From contig CAVVOP010000022.1 in assembly GCA_963749915.1 (NCBI GenBank), forward strand, positions 416,001 through 480,000: a stretch of 64,000 bases of DNA, in the 5' to 3' direction. How positions within the stretch are numbered: the first letter of the stretch is position 1; each line of letters opens with the position of its first letter. The notes under the pieces are model-generated. The model searched no databases and was not told the DNA's origin. It worked only from the letters and a program-made list of their open reading frames with translations. The stretch comes from an uncultured cyanobacterium. Its GTDB lineage: Bacteria > Cyanobacteriota > Cyanobacteriia > Cyanobacteriales > Cyanobacteriaceae. Shown here piece after piece: positions 52,519-63,728 of this stretch. Made by a program: the position numbers and the translations under genes.

Positions 52519-53292
52519 ATGTTAGCTAAGAGAATTTTGCCCTGTTTAGATGTCAATGCCGGTAGGGTGGTTAAAGGTGTCAATTTTGTTGATTTAAAAG
52601 ATGCTGGTGATCCCGTTGAGTTAGCGAAGGTTTATAATGATGCTGGTGCTGATGAATTAGTATTTTTAGATATTACTGCCACCCACGAAGCCAGAGATAC
52701 CATCATTGATGTGGTTTATCGCACTGCCGAACAAGTCTTTATACCCTTAACGGTCGGTGGTGGTATTCAAACCTTAGAAAATATTAAAAATTTGTTAAGA
52801 GCAGGAGCTGATAAAATAAGTATTAACTCCACGGCAGTGAAAAATCCTGATTTTATCAATCATTCAAGCGATCGCTTTGGTAGTCAGTGTATGGTAGTAG
52901 CTATCGATGCTAGAAGGAGAAAAGATCCTAATAATCAAGGCTGGGATGTATATATAAGAGGCGGTAGAGAAAATACAGGCTTAGATGCTGTTGACTGGGC
53001 ACAAGAAGTAGCCAAAAGGGGTGCGGGAGAATTATTAATCACCAGCATGGATGCCGATGGAACGCAAGCAGGGTATGATTTAGAGTTAACTCGTGCCATC
53101 GCCCAAAGAGTCGAAATCCCCGTCATAGCCTCTGGCGGTGCAGGAAATTGTCGTCATATCTATGAAGCCTTAACGGAAGGAAAAGCCGAAGCCGCCCTAT
53201 TAGCATCCTTATTACATTATGGGCAGTTAACGGTGGCCCAAATCAAGGACTATTTACATAAGCATCAAGTAACCGTCAGGAAATCACCGTAA
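52519..53292 (+). CDS. hisF: Imidazole glycerol phosphate synthase cyclase subunit
   Basis: [18 protein letters not shown] and PVIASGGAG motifs. Confidence 0.97.
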   Translation: MLAKRILPCLDVNAGRVVKGVNFVDLKDAGDPVELAKVYNDAGADELVFLDITATHEARDTIIDVVYRTAEQVFIPLTVGGGIQTLENIKNLLRAGADKISINSTAVKNPDFINHSSDRFGSQCMVVAIDARRRKDPNNQGWDVYIRGGRENTGLDAVDWAQEVAKRGAGELLITSMDADGTQAGYDLELTRAIAQRVEIPVIASGGAGNCRHIYEALTEGKAEAALLASLLHYGQLTVAQIKDYLHKHQVTVRKSP

Positions 53293-53342
53293 AAACCCCT
53301 ACTACCTGGACATAGCCGATAGATATGTATAATTGAGGGTAA

Positions 53343-53501
53343 TCATCTTTCGACAGGGAACTGTTTGGACAATTCAAAAATAATCATGGCTGCTTCAAAC
53401 GCTTTTTGATAAATGACCAAATCTTTATGAGTTTGAATGGTTCTTTTTTCTCCTTCTCCCTTGTCCACTTTCCCCCCTTGTCTGCCTTGTCTCACCCCCA
53501 T
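53343..53501 (-). pseudogene. Truncated four-helix-bundle (23S rRNA IVP/bAvd-like) protein
   Basis: ...RTIQTHKDLVIYQKAFEAAMIIFELSKQFPVER* stops where FP.EE.Y.L..Q normally continues. Confidence 0.75.
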
Positions 53502-53535
53502 GATAACTTTTATGTAAAAAACCTACACTTGTGAG
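53459..53535. repeat. Second copy of the 77-bp dispersed repeat (see 1726-1802)
   Basis: Shared termini and identical length. Confidence 0.75.
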
Positions 53536-53631
53536 GGCCCATGTATCCCGACGCCGACCTTTGGTACAGCACGGGACTTATGGCCCCCTAAGACCCCCGT
53601 AAGTTAAGTATTTATTAATTCACCAATTAAC

Positions 53632-54153
53632 TTAGAAAAATATATCCATTTCAGATCTGCCAGTTGTTTTGAGCCAATTTTGAGCCTCTAAGTAACTATT
53701 AGGGGAAATTCTGATGGCTTGTTTCCAATATTCTGCCGCTTTATCAAATAACCTTTCGGCTTCGTCTTCTTCTGCCTCTTGTTTACATTTTTCTCCCTGG
53801 TGGTGATAAATCACGGCAATATTATTTAAAACCGAAGGTTTACGGGGATTTAACTCCAAGGATTGATGGTAATAGTCTAAGGCTTCTTCCAGCTTCCCAT
53901 TACTAGCGTGAATTAACCCTATATTATATAAAATTTCACTGCGATCGTTAGAATCTTCTTCCAGTTTGAGTGCTTCGTAATAGTTATCTAAGGCTTCGGC
54001 GTATTCACCCTCGGCTTGGGCGGACATCCCATCACGGTAATAGACAAAAGCCTCTTTCGATTTAGCGTCGATAGGTAAAACTTTAAGAATAATATCCGCC
54101 ATGACGGTAAAAGTTTTATCAATAAAATTATCGTTTCTTTGAGATCTGGGCAT
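53632..54153 (-). CDS. ycf3: Photosystem I assembly protein Ycf3
   Basis: [25 protein letters not shown] and EAQNWLK motifs. Confidence 0.97.
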   Translation of the reverse strand: MPRSQRNDNFIDKTFTVMADIILKVLPIDAKSKEAFVYYRDGMSAQAEGEYAEALDNYYEALKLEEDSNDRSEILYNIGLIHASNGKLEEALDYYHQSLELNPRKPSVLNNIAVIYHHQGEKCKQEAEEDEAERLFDKAAEYWKQAIRISPNSYLEAQNWLKTTGRSEMDIFF

Positions 54154-54255
54154 ATTAAATTAATAATTGACAATGAACAATTTATAATGAAAAAAGACAA
54201 CAAGCAATACCTAATTACCTATTACCTATTACCGATTACTTCTCCGAAGTTTAGA

Positions 54256-54840
54256 TTATGATTTGGGTGCACGGGTAACAACTTGGTCAATTAAACCATA
54301 ATCCCTAGCCTCTTCCGCTGACATAAAGAAATCCCTTTCGGTATCTTCTTCTATTTTTTCGAGAGTTTGCCCTGTATGAGAGGCCATATAAGTATTAAGT
54401 TGTTTTTTCAGATAAAGAATCTCTCTGGCTTGAATTTCAATATCTGTAGCCTGTCCTTGGGCACCACCTAAAGGTTGATGGATCATAATTCTGGAGTTAG
54501 GTAAACTCATTCTTTTACCCTTCGCACCGGCAGTTAATAAAAATGCACCCATACTGGCGGCTAAACCGACACAAATAGTACAGACATCCGGTTTAACTTG
54601 ATTCATGGTGTCAAAGATACCCAACCCCGCAGAGACTGAACCACCGGGGGAGTTAATATAAAGATAAATATCTTTTTCGGGATCTTCTGCTTCTAATAAT
54701 AATAGTTGTGCTACCAAAGAATTCGCTAATTCATCAGTAACTTGTTGTCCTAAAAAAACTATTCTTTCTCTAAGTAAACGAGAGTAAATGTCGAAGGCAC
54801 GTTCACCACGACCCGAAGTTTCAATAACAGTTGGTACCAT
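54256..54840 (-). CDS. clpP: ATP-dependent Clp protease proteolytic subunit
   Basis: [20 protein letters not shown] and MIHQP motifs. Confidence 0.97.
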   Translation of the reverse strand: MVPTVIETSGRGERAFDIYSRLLRERIVFLGQQVTDELANSLVAQLLLLEAEDPEKDIYLYINSPGGSVSAGLGIFDTMNQVKPDVCTICVGLAASMGAFLLTAGAKGKRMSLPNSRIMIHQPLGGAQGQATDIEIQAREILYLKKQLNTYMASHTGQTLEKIEEDTERDFFMSAEEARDYGLIDQVVTRAPKS

Positions 54841-54966
54841 TCAGTTAATCTCAATTATCTTTACTATTGTTGATAATAAGGAAAAGAGATAATCAAACCA
54901 TAAAAATAGACTTATTAGCTTAATTAACTCCCATTTCCTCTTTTTTTGATAGTTTTTTACTCAAAT

Positions 54967-55695
54967 TTAGTCACGACTATTAATAGCAATCAATAATCTG
55001 AGAATAAAAACAAATAGGTTAATGTAAGTCAGGTACATGGAAAGGGCAGCACATAAATACTGATTATCACTATAAGCACGAGGTAAGAGATAAAAATCAA
55101 CTACTGATGCACCAGCAAATAAAAATACACCCAAACCGGAGATCCCGATTTCTAACCATGTGGGGGTAAAAACGCCGAAAAAGCTCAAAACCAATTGCAA
55201 TACAATAACTACAAAAAGAGCAATTATGCCTAATTGTACCGTTTTCGTCAAGGCTAATCCGTCTTCATCCCCCAGATTTGAGCCAATATTTCTCGCCACA
55301 ATAAAAGTGATGCCACAACCTAAAGCGGCGATCGCAACCCCATTAAGTCCTACACCTTCAGTCCCCAGAGCGACATAAACAATGCCACTGAGAGTATAAC
55401 CAGTTAAAAGACTATACAAGACTAAAAGGGGTAAGGCCGTGCTGGTATTTGCTTTTTCAGCAATACCTCTAACTACAAAGAAGAGAACTAATTGAGCAAT
55501 CATCGCCCCGAAAAAAGTAGGCATAAATAAAGCCGGATTTGATTGAATCATGCCCAAACCGCCATAAGTGCCAACCGCAGTTAAGACTAGGCCACCGCCA
55601 AGATAAGGTAATGCTTTATTGATCACATTAGGACCAACTAAAGATTGACCTTTCGCTTTTTTAATCGCATCACGAAAATTACTTGTTGTTGCCAT
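54967..55695 (-). CDS. Bax inhibitor-1/YccA family membrane protein
   Basis: Seven TM segments; ALSMYLTYINLF..ILRL motif. Confidence 0.88.
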   Translation of the reverse strand: MATTSNFRDAIKKAKGQSLVGPNVINKALPYLGGGLVLTAVGTYGGLGMIQSNPALFMPTFFGAMIAQLVLFFVVRGIAEKANTSTALPLLVLYSLLTGYTLSGIVYVALGTEGVGLNGVAIAALGCGITFIVARNIGSNLGDEDGLALTKTVQLGIIALFVVIVLQLVLSFFGVFTPTWLEIGISGLGVFLFAGASVVDFYLLPRAYSDNQYLCAALSMYLTYINLFVFILRLLIAINSRD

Positions 55696-55987
55696 AGGAT
55701 TAAAAAAAATCTAATTATTGAACTATTCTTTTTGAACTAGGAAAAAATCTATCTACTTCAATATAAACTTTTCCTTCCTGTTCTGCTTTATATTTAAGTA
55801 TAGTGCAAAACATTCCCCAACCTCCTTGTTAAATACCTTTTGCTAAATATTGACGGCGATGCCATGGGAAGTCAAATGGCGAATGGGGTTTGCGTTTTTT
55901 TTTGCCCAGTGTATAGGCAACACCACTTTCGGTAGTGTTCAGAGCCAAGGCTGGCAAGAGTCCAGCTCAGTTAACACTTAGTGAACA

Positions 55988-56539
55988 CTACCCAATTGTG
56001 TTCACTGAAATTCCTTCTACCTCTCCGTTGAGATGGACAAAATAAAGTTCTATTTCTAAATTAGGATAACCCTTGGCGATCGCCTCATAAGCCTGATGTA
56101 AATATTGACGATGGATATTTATTTCTTCTAGCGGATTTTGGCTTAATTGAAGATCCATTTTACGGGCATAAGCACCACAATCTTGATGATCTAAAATAAT
56201 TACTTTTTCGATGTTATGTAACTGAGAAGATAACTGTAATTGTTCCCAAAAAACTTCTGTATCGGCATGGCTAGGAAAATCGGCTAAAGCAAGAGATGCA
56301 CCGGCTAAACTTAACCAATCATATTGATGATCTAATTTTTGACTTTTTAAAAAATCTTGCTCAAAATCGACAAAACGAAAATCAATACAAGTTAATACTA
56401 GGGCTTTAGTTTTATGTTCAGCATTGGCTATTCTAGTGGAATCTAACCAAAAAGATAAACCGAGACTTCCTGTTAATAAAAGTTTTAAAAAATTACGCCG
56501 TTGACAATGATAAATATCAACATTTTTTTGGGAATACAT
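55988..56539 (-). CDS. Tat-exported beta-carbonic-anhydrase-like protein
   Basis: QRRNFLK Tat motif; CIDFR and HQDCG zinc ligands. Confidence 0.8.
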   Translation of the reverse strand: MYSQKNVDIYHCQRRNFLKLLLTGSLGLSFWLDSTRIANAEHKTKALVLTCIDFRFVDFEQDFLKSQKLDHQYDWLSLAGASLALADFPSHADTEVFWEQLQLSSQLHNIEKVIILDHQDCGAYARKMDLQLSQNPLEEINIHRQYLHQAYEAIAKGYPNLEIELYFVHLNGEVEGISVNTIG

Positions 56540-56617
56540 TATATTGTGTGTTGAATTTTATAATTTATTGACCTATTTTTAAAAACTAACTATATGTCAA
56601 GCCATCGATGGGAATAT

Positions 56618-56849
56618 CTAAGGTTTAAGAAAAAACATTTTTATTGTGCCTAAAATTATCCCTAGGACAATACCAGCAAAAATACTTCCATTAAAAAATT
56701 CCACATTCTCTAGTCTTTTACTAATCCCTTTTTGCCCTTCATCTAATTTACCTACAGTCACTTTAAGCTCATTTATGTCATTGGAAACACTGACTTTAAG
56801 CTCATTTAAAAATCCTTTTAAGTATTTAAAGATATTTGTTAGGAGTAGT
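56618..56849 (-). pseudogene. Coiled-coil plus C-terminal TM small protein remnant, no in-frame start codon
   Basis: ...LKGFLNELKVSVSNDINELKVTVGKLDEGQKGISKRLENVEFFNGSIFAGIVLGIILGTIKMFFLKP*. Confidence 0.55.
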
Positions 56850-57172
56850 TAACACCTATTCTACCGAATAATTCCCTAGGATCTAAATATATCTTTTACT
56901 TCTGTTTGTAAACCTGTTAACGCAGTTTTGATTGCTCAATCTCGGATGAAAACAGGCAACCCTAAAGAAGGTAACGGTTAGGTGTCACCACGTTACGTCG
57001 TGCACCCATGCCCCAACGGCTCATCCAATCCCCCATTATATCTTATCCCATTTTCCTTCTCATTAATTAACATATATTAACTATGGATTAGTGTGCATTT
57101 GACTGATAAGATAACAAACAATAGAAAAATTACTGATATAAGTAAAATTTAGTTTCAACTATAGAGGAAAAT

Positions 57173-58180
57173 ATGACTCAAGATAGAGTAGTTATTATTG
57201 GGGTTGCGGGTGACTCTGGTTGTGGTAAATCAACTTTTTTACGTCGCTTAGAAGATTTGTTTGGTAAAGAATTTATGACGGTGATCTGTCTCGATGACTA
57301 CCATAGTCTCGATCGCAAAGGCAGAAAAAAAGCTGGTGTGACCGCCCTAGATCCTCGTGCCAACAATTTCGACTTAATGGCGGAACAAGTCAAGGCTTTA
57401 AAAAATGGTCAAGCGATTGATAAACCGATTTATAATCACGAAACTGGAGAACTCGATCCCCCTGAAAGAATCCAAGCAAACAAGGTAATCGTTATTGAGG
57501 GTTTACATCCTCTCTATGATGAAAGAGTTAGAGAATTGGTTGACTTTAGTGTTTATCTCGACATCAGCGAAGAAGTAAAAATTCAGTGGAAAATTCAGCG
57601 TGATATGGCAGAAAGAGGTCATAGTTACGATGACGTAGTGGCTTCCATCATGGCAAGAAAACCTGATTTCACCGCTTATATTGAACCTCAAAAACAATAT
57701 GCAGACATCGTTATTCAAGTCTTACCTACTCAATTAATTGAAGACAAAAAAGGTAAAATTTTACGAGTTCGTCTCATCGAAAAAGAAGGGATTGACCATT
57801 TTGAGCCTACTTACCTCTTTGACGAAGGTTCAACTATTGATTGGCGACCTTGTGGACGTAAACTTACCTGTGCTTTCCCCGGTCTGAAAATGTACTATGG
57901 ACCCGATAACTATATGGGTAATGAAGTTTCTATCCTTGAAATTGATGGTCAATTCGATAACCTAGAAGAAATTATTTATGTTGAAAGTCACTTAAGCCGC
58001 ACTGGTACCAAGTACTACGGTGAAATGACTGAGTTGCTACTTAAACATAAAGATTACCCCGGATCTAATAATGGTACTGGTTTATTCCAAGTTTTAGTTG
58101 GTTTAAAAATGCGTGAAACTTACGAACAGTTGACTGGTGTTCCGGCCAATTTCGAAGAAAAAGAAGTAGTAACTGTATAG
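57173..58180 (+). CDS. prk: Phosphoribulokinase
   Basis: GDSGCGKSTF, CLDDYHSLDR and IEGLHP motifs. Confidence 0.97.
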   Translation: MTQDRVVIIGVAGDSGCGKSTFLRRLEDLFGKEFMTVICLDDYHSLDRKGRKKAGVTALDPRANNFDLMAEQVKALKNGQAIDKPIYNHETGELDPPERIQANKVIVIEGLHPLYDERVRELVDFSVYLDISEEVKIQWKIQRDMAERGHSYDDVVASIMARKPDFTAYIEPQKQYADIVIQVLPTQLIEDKKGKILRVRLIEKEGIDHFEPTYLFDEGSTIDWRPCGRKLTCAFPGLKMYYGPDNYMGNEVSILEIDGQFDNLEEIIYVESHLSRTGTKYYGEMTELLLKHKDYPGSNNGTGLFQVLVGLKMRETYEQLTGVPANFEEKEVVTV

Positions 58181-58202
58181 TTAATCACTTTTTAGTTTTA
58201 AA

Positions 58203-58241
58203 GACTGTGGTTAATTTTTGTAATTAGTCACGGTCATTTTT
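58203..58241 (+). terminator. Intrinsic terminator after prk
   Basis: GACTGTGGTTAATT...AATTAGTCACGGTC followed by ATTTTT. Confidence 0.7.
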
Positions 58242-58294
58242 CATGGAGAAATTTATAATAGAGGTGATAATGATTAAATTGTAGGGGTTTATTT

Positions 58295-59284
58295 ATGTCC
58301 CTTTTTACCCTCAAAGACAATCCTGTTGCTCTCGCCGATTATACTTATAATGAGATCGCTAAACAAGCAAATAAAATTGTTAAGTATGAGAAGAAGACAT
58401 TAACAGAAGATGATCCCGAAAATTTGCATCAATTAAGAGTAGGGATGAGAAGATTAAGGAGTGTTTTAAGTGTTTTTAATTTGACCTTAAAAATCCCCTC
58501 AATTATTAATGATAAAAACATTGCTGATATTGCTAGAATTTTAGGTCAACAAAGAGATTTAGATATTTTAAAAATTAATTTAGAAGGTAAATTCAGTCAA
58601 GAAATTTTGAATATTGAAACTAAGCTTATTCAAAAAATTATTGCCGATATTAGTCAACCATCGTCCCAAGAAATAAAGAAAACTAAGTTAATTTTAACGA
58701 CTAAAAAATATCAAAAACTAAAACAGTCTCTCTTAAATTGGCTAGAAAAACCTCAATTTCAAGGGATTGCCAGTTTAAAAATTGAGCCAACGTTACCGTT
58801 TTTATTATTTCCTCAAATTAGTAGTTTTTGCCTACAATCTGGTTGGTTAATTGGAACAAAAATCAACGAAAATGGAGATGCTATTGTCAAAAAAAACTTA
58901 ACTGAGGAAGATATCTATTTATTGATTAATGAGGAAGGAAAAAGTTTACATCAATTAAGAAAACAAGCAAAGAAAACTCGGTATCAACTGGAATTATTTA
59001 CTAGTTTTTATCCCCCAGAATATCAAGAATATATAACTTTAGTAGAAGGAATACAAGAAGTCTTAGGAACTATTCAGGATAACATTTGTTTGGAAAATTA
59101 TTTAACAGACAAAATTGGTAAAAAATGGTCAACAAAATTACCAAATTTACATCATTTAATTATAAAAGACCAATCAAGTAAATGGCGAGAATGGCAACAG
59201 TTGCAGATAAAATTTTTAGATAATAATTATCGTAGTAAGTTTATTTCAACCATTAATTTTCTCCCATCACTATTAGAAAACTAA
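58295..59284 (+). CDS. CHAD domain protein
   Basis: LHQLRVGMRRLR, LHQLRKQAKKTRY and LG.IQD motifs. Confidence 0.9.
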   Translation: MSLFTLKDNPVALADYTYNEIAKQANKIVKYEKKTLTEDDPENLHQLRVGMRRLRSVLSVFNLTLKIPSIINDKNIADIARILGQQRDLDILKINLEGKFSQEILNIETKLIQKIIADISQPSSQEIKKTKLILTTKKYQKLKQSLLNWLEKPQFQGIASLKIEPTLPFLLFPQISSFCLQSGWLIGTKINENGDAIVKKNLTEEDIYLLINEEGKSLHQLRKQAKKTRYQLELFTSFYPPEYQEYITLVEGIQEVLGTIQDNICLENYLTDKIGKKWSTKLPNLHHLIIKDQSSKWREWQQLQIKFLDNNYRSKFISTINFLPSLLEN

Positions 59285-59411
59285 AATTCCGGACTCACCT
59301 TAGATATATTTTTCTGAAAAAAATTTTTTGCAAAAATTCAGCTATTTTCAAGGAAAGTTCGTTAAATTTAAGAATAATGATTAATAGAGTCAACGATTAT
59401 AAATAATATTT

Positions 59412-60086
59412 ATGACACCAGAACAATTTAGCCTCTTAATTCATCCTTTTCTGGCGGTGGTTAGTGTTTTTCCTTTAGTGGGCATCGTCTCTTATTTTGC
59501 CTGGGAAACTCGTCAAAGAAGATTACAAGTAAAAATAGGAGATAAAAGCAAAATTGCACCTTCAGTGGGCAAAACCCATGTCAGTATGGGCAAATTATTA
59601 TCAACGGCGGTAGTTATCGTTACATTAATAGGATTAGCACAACCTATTATTACTAAAAATATTCTTAAAGAACAACTTTGGCAAACAAATTTTTTGCAAT
59701 TTATCTTCTTAGTTTTAATGTTCATTTTTACTCTCGCTTCTTTTCTCTTATTATTCCGTGCTAGAGTTAAATTATGGCGAGGAATTTTTGCGACTCTAAG
59801 CGGTATGGGAGTAGTAATTTTAGGTTGTCAAGATGGTATTTTTCGCCGTAGTAGTGAGTGGTTTTGGTCACACTATTATTACGGGGTGATTGTATGTTTG
59901 TTAATGATTTTCTCTGTGGCTATTATGGATGATATTTACCGAGATAAATCCCATAAATGGCGTAATATTCACATTTTTCTTAACTGTTTGGCGTTATTAT
60001 TATTTGTCGGACAAGCAATAACAGGATCAAGAGATTTATTCGAAATAGGATTATGGACTCCTCCTCCTGCACTGATTCTTTTTTAA
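59412..60086 (+). CDS. DUF4079 family membrane protein
   Basis: LIHP, SHYYYG, R..H..LN and Q.ITG.RDL motifs. Confidence 0.82.
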   Translation: MTPEQFSLLIHPFLAVVSVFPLVGIVSYFAWETRQRRLQVKIGDKSKIAPSVGKTHVSMGKLLSTAVVIVTLIGLAQPIITKNILKEQLWQTNFLQFIFLVLMFIFTLASFLLLFRARVKLWRGIFATLSGMGVVILGCQDGIFRRSSEWFWSHYYYGVIVCLLMIFSVAIMDDIYRDKSHKWRNIHIFLNCLALLLFVGQAITGSRDLFEIGLWTPPPALILF

Positions 60087-60149
60087 AGGGAGGAACAAAA
60101 TTGGCCCATTAAAGCCCAAAATTCTATCTATTAACTTATGAAACCAATA

Positions 60150-60178
60150 TTACCCACTTTGTTACAGATAGTGGGTAA
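60150..60178. terminator. Hairpin between convergent genes
   Basis: TTACCCACT-N11-AGTGGGTAA. Confidence 0.6.
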
Positions 60179-60192
60179 ATTACTAATTAAAT

Positions 60193-62166
60193 TTATGCTC
60201 CTTCTCTTAGTTTATCTAAGACGCTACGATCTTCTAAAGTAGAGGTATCTCCCGCGATTTCCTGTCCAGAAGCAAGACTACGCAATAATCGACGCATAAT
60301 TTTGCCTGATCGAGTTTTGGGCATTCCCTCAGTAAATCTGATCTCTCCCGGACGGGCGATCGCACCTATTTCTTGGACAACATGTTGTTTAAGTTTATTT
60401 GATAACTCGTCGCTAGGTTGATAATCTCCCTCAAGGGTAACAAAGGCAAAAATTTCTTCCCCTTTAACTTCGTCAGGTTTACCCACAACAGCGGCTTCGG
60501 CAACAGCAGGATGAGAAACCAGAGCAGATTCCACTTCCATTGTACCTAAACGGTGTCCTGAAACGTTGATGACATCGTCCACACGCCCCATCACCCAGAA
60601 ATAGCCGTCTTTGTCTTTCCTTGCACCATCCCCCGCAAAGTATAGGAATTGTCCATCTTTAGGTGTAATGTGTTCCCAATAAGTATTCCGGAAGCGAGCG
60701 GGATCACCATACACTGTACGTATCATGCCGGGCCAAGGGTATTTGATTACTAAATAACCTCCCTCATTATCCTCCACAGAATTACCGTCTAAATCCACAA
60801 CATCCGCCATGATACCGGGGAAAGGATGAGTTGCCGAACCGGGTTTCGTCGGAGTTGCACCGGGTAAGGGAGTAATCATTACACCTCCTGTTTCCGTTTG
60901 CCACCATGTATCGACGATAGGACATTTTTCCTTGCCAATTACTTTGTGATACCATATCCAAGCCTCTGGGTTAATGGGTTCGCCCACGGTGCCTAATAAT
61001 CGTAAAGAAGATAAATCACGGGCATTGGGGTGATGTTCTCCCATTTTGATGAAGGCACGGATGGCAGTGGGGGCGGTATAAAATATATTTACGCCGTATT
61101 TCTCGATCACATCCCAAAAACAACCCGGATTAGACGGACGAGGGACACCCTCATACATAAGCGTAGTAGCACCATTGGAAAGAGGTCCATAAACGATATA
61201 ACTGTGTCCCGTAATCCAACCCACATCAGCAGTACACCAATAAACATCATCGTCACGCAAGTCAAAAATCCACTTAGTGGTCATGTGAGAGTAAAGGTTA
61301 TAACCCCCCGTTGTATGGACTACTCCCTTGGGTTTTCCCGTACTTCCGCTTGTGTAAAGAACAAATAACATATCTTCACTGTCCATTATTTCGGGAGGGC
61401 AATGGGCGGAAACTTCTGTTTGTAGGACATGCCACCAGTGATCCCTTCCTGGTTTCATGGGTATCTTTTCTTTGGTGCGTTGTACTACTAGGACATTTTC
61501 CAGACTAGGCACTTGATTATCGGCGATCGCTAGATCTACTTGTTCTTTTAGTGCGATTACTTTATCTTTACGAAAACCACCATCGGCGGTGATCACTAAT
61601 TTAGCTTCAGCGGAGTTAAGTCTATCTCTCAAGGCTTCGGCACTGAATCCCCCAAAGACTACACTATGTGCCGCCCCAATTCTGGCACAGGCTAACATGG
61701 CGATGGCAGCTTCGGGTATCATGGGCAGATAAATTCCCACTAAATCGCCTTTTTTGACTCCTAAGTGCTTGATGACGTTGGCAAACTGACAGACTTCTCG
61801 ATGGAGTTGGGCATAGGTTAAGGTACGAGAATCGCCGGGTTCACCTTCCCAAATAATAGCAGCTTTGTTGCGACGACCAGTCGTTAAATGGCGATCGAGA
61901 CAATTATAAGAAATATTTATCTTTCCGTTGACGAACCATTTCCCAAAAGGAGGGTTACTCCAATCAAGGACTTGATCCCATTTTTTAAACCAATTTAGTT
62001 CTTTTTCTGCTAAATCTGCCCAAAAAGCGACAGGATCTTCGATTGATCTTTGGTATAATGCTTGGTACTCTGCCCAACTTTTAATTTGTGCTTTTTCGGC
62101 AAATTCTTGAGGAGGTGTAAAAGTACGTTTTTCTTTAAGGATTGATTCTATATTAGGTTGAGACAT
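60193..62166 (-). CDS. acs: Acetyl-CoA synthetase
   Basis: [20 protein letters not shown] and [11 protein letters not shown] motifs. Confidence 0.97.
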   Translation of the reverse strand: MSQPNIESILKEKRTFTPPQEFAEKAQIKSWAEYQALYQRSIEDPVAFWADLAEKELNWFKKWDQVLDWSNPPFGKWFVNGKINISYNCLDRHLTTGRRNKAAIIWEGEPGDSRTLTYAQLHREVCQFANVIKHLGVKKGDLVGIYLPMIPEAAIAMLACARIGAAHSVVFGGFSAEALRDRLNSAEAKLVITADGGFRKDKVIALKEQVDLAIADNQVPSLENVLVVQRTKEKIPMKPGRDHWWHVLQTEVSAHCPPEIMDSEDMLFVLYTSGSTGKPKGVVHTTGGYNLYSHMTTKWIFDLRDDDVYWCTADVGWITGHSYIVYGPLSNGATTLMYEGVPRPSNPGCFWDVIEKYGVNIFYTAPTAIRAFIKMGEHHPNARDLSSLRLLGTVGEPINPEAWIWYHKVIGKEKCPIVDTWWQTETGGVMITPLPGATPTKPGSATHPFPGIMADVVDLDGNSVEDNEGGYLVIKYPWPGMIRTVYGDPARFRNTYWEHITPKDGQFLYFAGDGARKDKDGYFWVMGRVDDVINVSGHRLGTMEVESALVSHPAVAEAAVVGKPDEVKGEEIFAFVTLEGDYQPSDELSNKLKQHVVQEIGAIARPGEIRFTEGMPKTRSGKIMRRLLRSLASGQEIAGDTSTLEDRSVLDKLREGA

Positions 62167-62268
62167 AGATAATTTATACTGATGCTAAATGATGCTCAAA
62201 ATTACACCTTAACTTATTTTGAGGTTCTCAACTGTTAAATTTTATGTAAGGAAAAAACAATTGCTGCT

Positions 62269-62571
62269 ATGAAAAAAATACATATTGCTTTATCAACTCA
62301 TAATCTCGAAGATAGTATTCAGGAATATACTCAACGTTTATCAGTAAAACCAACGGTAATTATAGAAAAAGAATATGCTTTATGGAAAACAGACACAGTG
62401 AATTTTTCCGTCAGACAAGATACAAATTATCCGGCAGGTAGTTTAAGACATTTAGGCTGGGAAAACTCCGAAGCTAAAGAATTTACTCAAGACATTGACG
62501 TTAACGGTATTATATGGGAAAGGTTTAATGAGCAACATCAATTAGATGAAATTAAGGAATTATGCGAATAA
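62269..62571 (+). CDS. Small VOC/glyoxalase-like protein
   Basis: IHIAL....L..SI..Y, LRHLG and D.NGI.WE motifs. Confidence 0.65.
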   Translation: MKKIHIALSTHNLEDSIQEYTQRLSVKPTVIIEKEYALWKTDTVNFSVRQDTNYPAGSLRHLGWENSEAKEFTQDIDVNGIIWERFNEQHQLDEIKELCE

Positions 62572-63707
62572 TTTTTATTTATGATTGCGTATATCCTGAC
62601 TCTTTAGGAGGAGTAGAATTTCGGAATTATCAACTAGCAAAATTTTTAAGAGAAAAAGGACATCATATAACATTAGCAGGTTGGGTAAGGGACAAAAAAC
62701 ATCCTTTAAATGTGGACATCATACCATTACCTTTGGCTAAAAATTTATATAATAAGAAAGGTCAAAGAACTACCTTGACATCTCTTAAATATGCCCTAGC
62801 TGTGTTAACATTACCCTTTAATAAATTTGATATAATTTTGGTAGATAATATTCCTTATATTCATCTATTTTTACTAATTTTATGGACAAAAATAATCAGC
62901 AAAAAAGTTATTATTACTTGGCATGAATATTGGGGAAAATATTGGCAACCTTATATTAAAAATTGGACTTGGTTTATTTATTATAATATTGAAATTTTAG
63001 CGGCACAGTTGGGCAACAAAGTTATTTCTGTGAGCGAATTTACGGCCGAAAAGTTAGGCAAATCTCGCCGGAAACCAGATGAAATAGAGATAGTAAGTAA
63101 CGGTATTAATCTTTCCTATATATCTTCTTTAACTCATCCTGGTATTAGTGATAAACCGCCGTTAATATATGCGGGAAGATTAATCAAAGAGAAAAGAGTT
63201 GATTTATTGTTAAAAGCCGTCGCTACTTTTACTAAAAAGTATGATTATCAAGGGGTTATTTTACAGATAATTGGTGAGGGAAATACCAGGGACGAATTAG
63301 AAAGTATGGCCCAAAAAATTGGTATTTTAGAGCAAGTTAAATTTCGAGGAAAATTAGATACTATTGAAGAAGTTTGGCAGGAAATAAGTCAAGCAAAAAT
63401 TGCAATTCAACCATCCTTAAGGGAAGGTTTCGGTATTTTTCCTCTGGAAGCGATGGCTTTAGGAATACCTGTTATTTATTGTCATAGTCAAGAAAGTGCC
63501 GTTAAAGAAATTGTTCGAGACGGTATCGAAGGCATTGCCGTTAATCCTGATGAAATTGATTTAAGTGAAGCGATCGCCCAATTATTATATAATGAGTCAG
63601 AATGGCAGAGATTGAGTAATAACGGTAAAATTCGGGCAAAATCTTTCGATTGGCAAGAAATAGCAGATAAATTGGAAAAAATCTGTTTTAATTATCTCAA
63701 AAAATAA
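62562..63707 (+). CDS. Glycosyltransferase family 4
   Basis: GGVE, YAGRLIKEK and PS.REGFGI..LEAMA.G.PVI motifs. Confidence 0.92.
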   Translation: MRIIFIYDCVYPDSLGGVEFRNYQLAKFLREKGHHITLAGWVRDKKHPLNVDIIPLPLAKNLYNKKGQRTTLTSLKYALAVLTLPFNKFDIILVDNIPYIHLFLLILWTKIISKKVIITWHEYWGKYWQPYIKNWTWFIYYNIEILAAQLGNKVISVSEFTAEKLGKSRRKPDEIEIVSNGINLSYISSLTHPGISDKPPLIYAGRLIKEKRVDLLLKAVATFTKKYDYQGVILQIIGEGNTRDELESMAQKIGILEQVKFRGKLDTIEEVWQEISQAKIAIQPSLREGFGIFPLEAMALGIPVIYCHSQESAVKEIVRDGIEGIAVNPDEIDLSEAIAQLLYNESEWQRLSNNGKIRAKSFDWQEIADKLEKICFNYLKK

Positions 63708-63728
63708 TCAGGTTTATAATAAATTTTT

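Noticed and set aside
56646..56852. 68-aa plus-strand ORF
   Set aside because: The opposite strand gives the more protein-like coiled-coil/TM reading.
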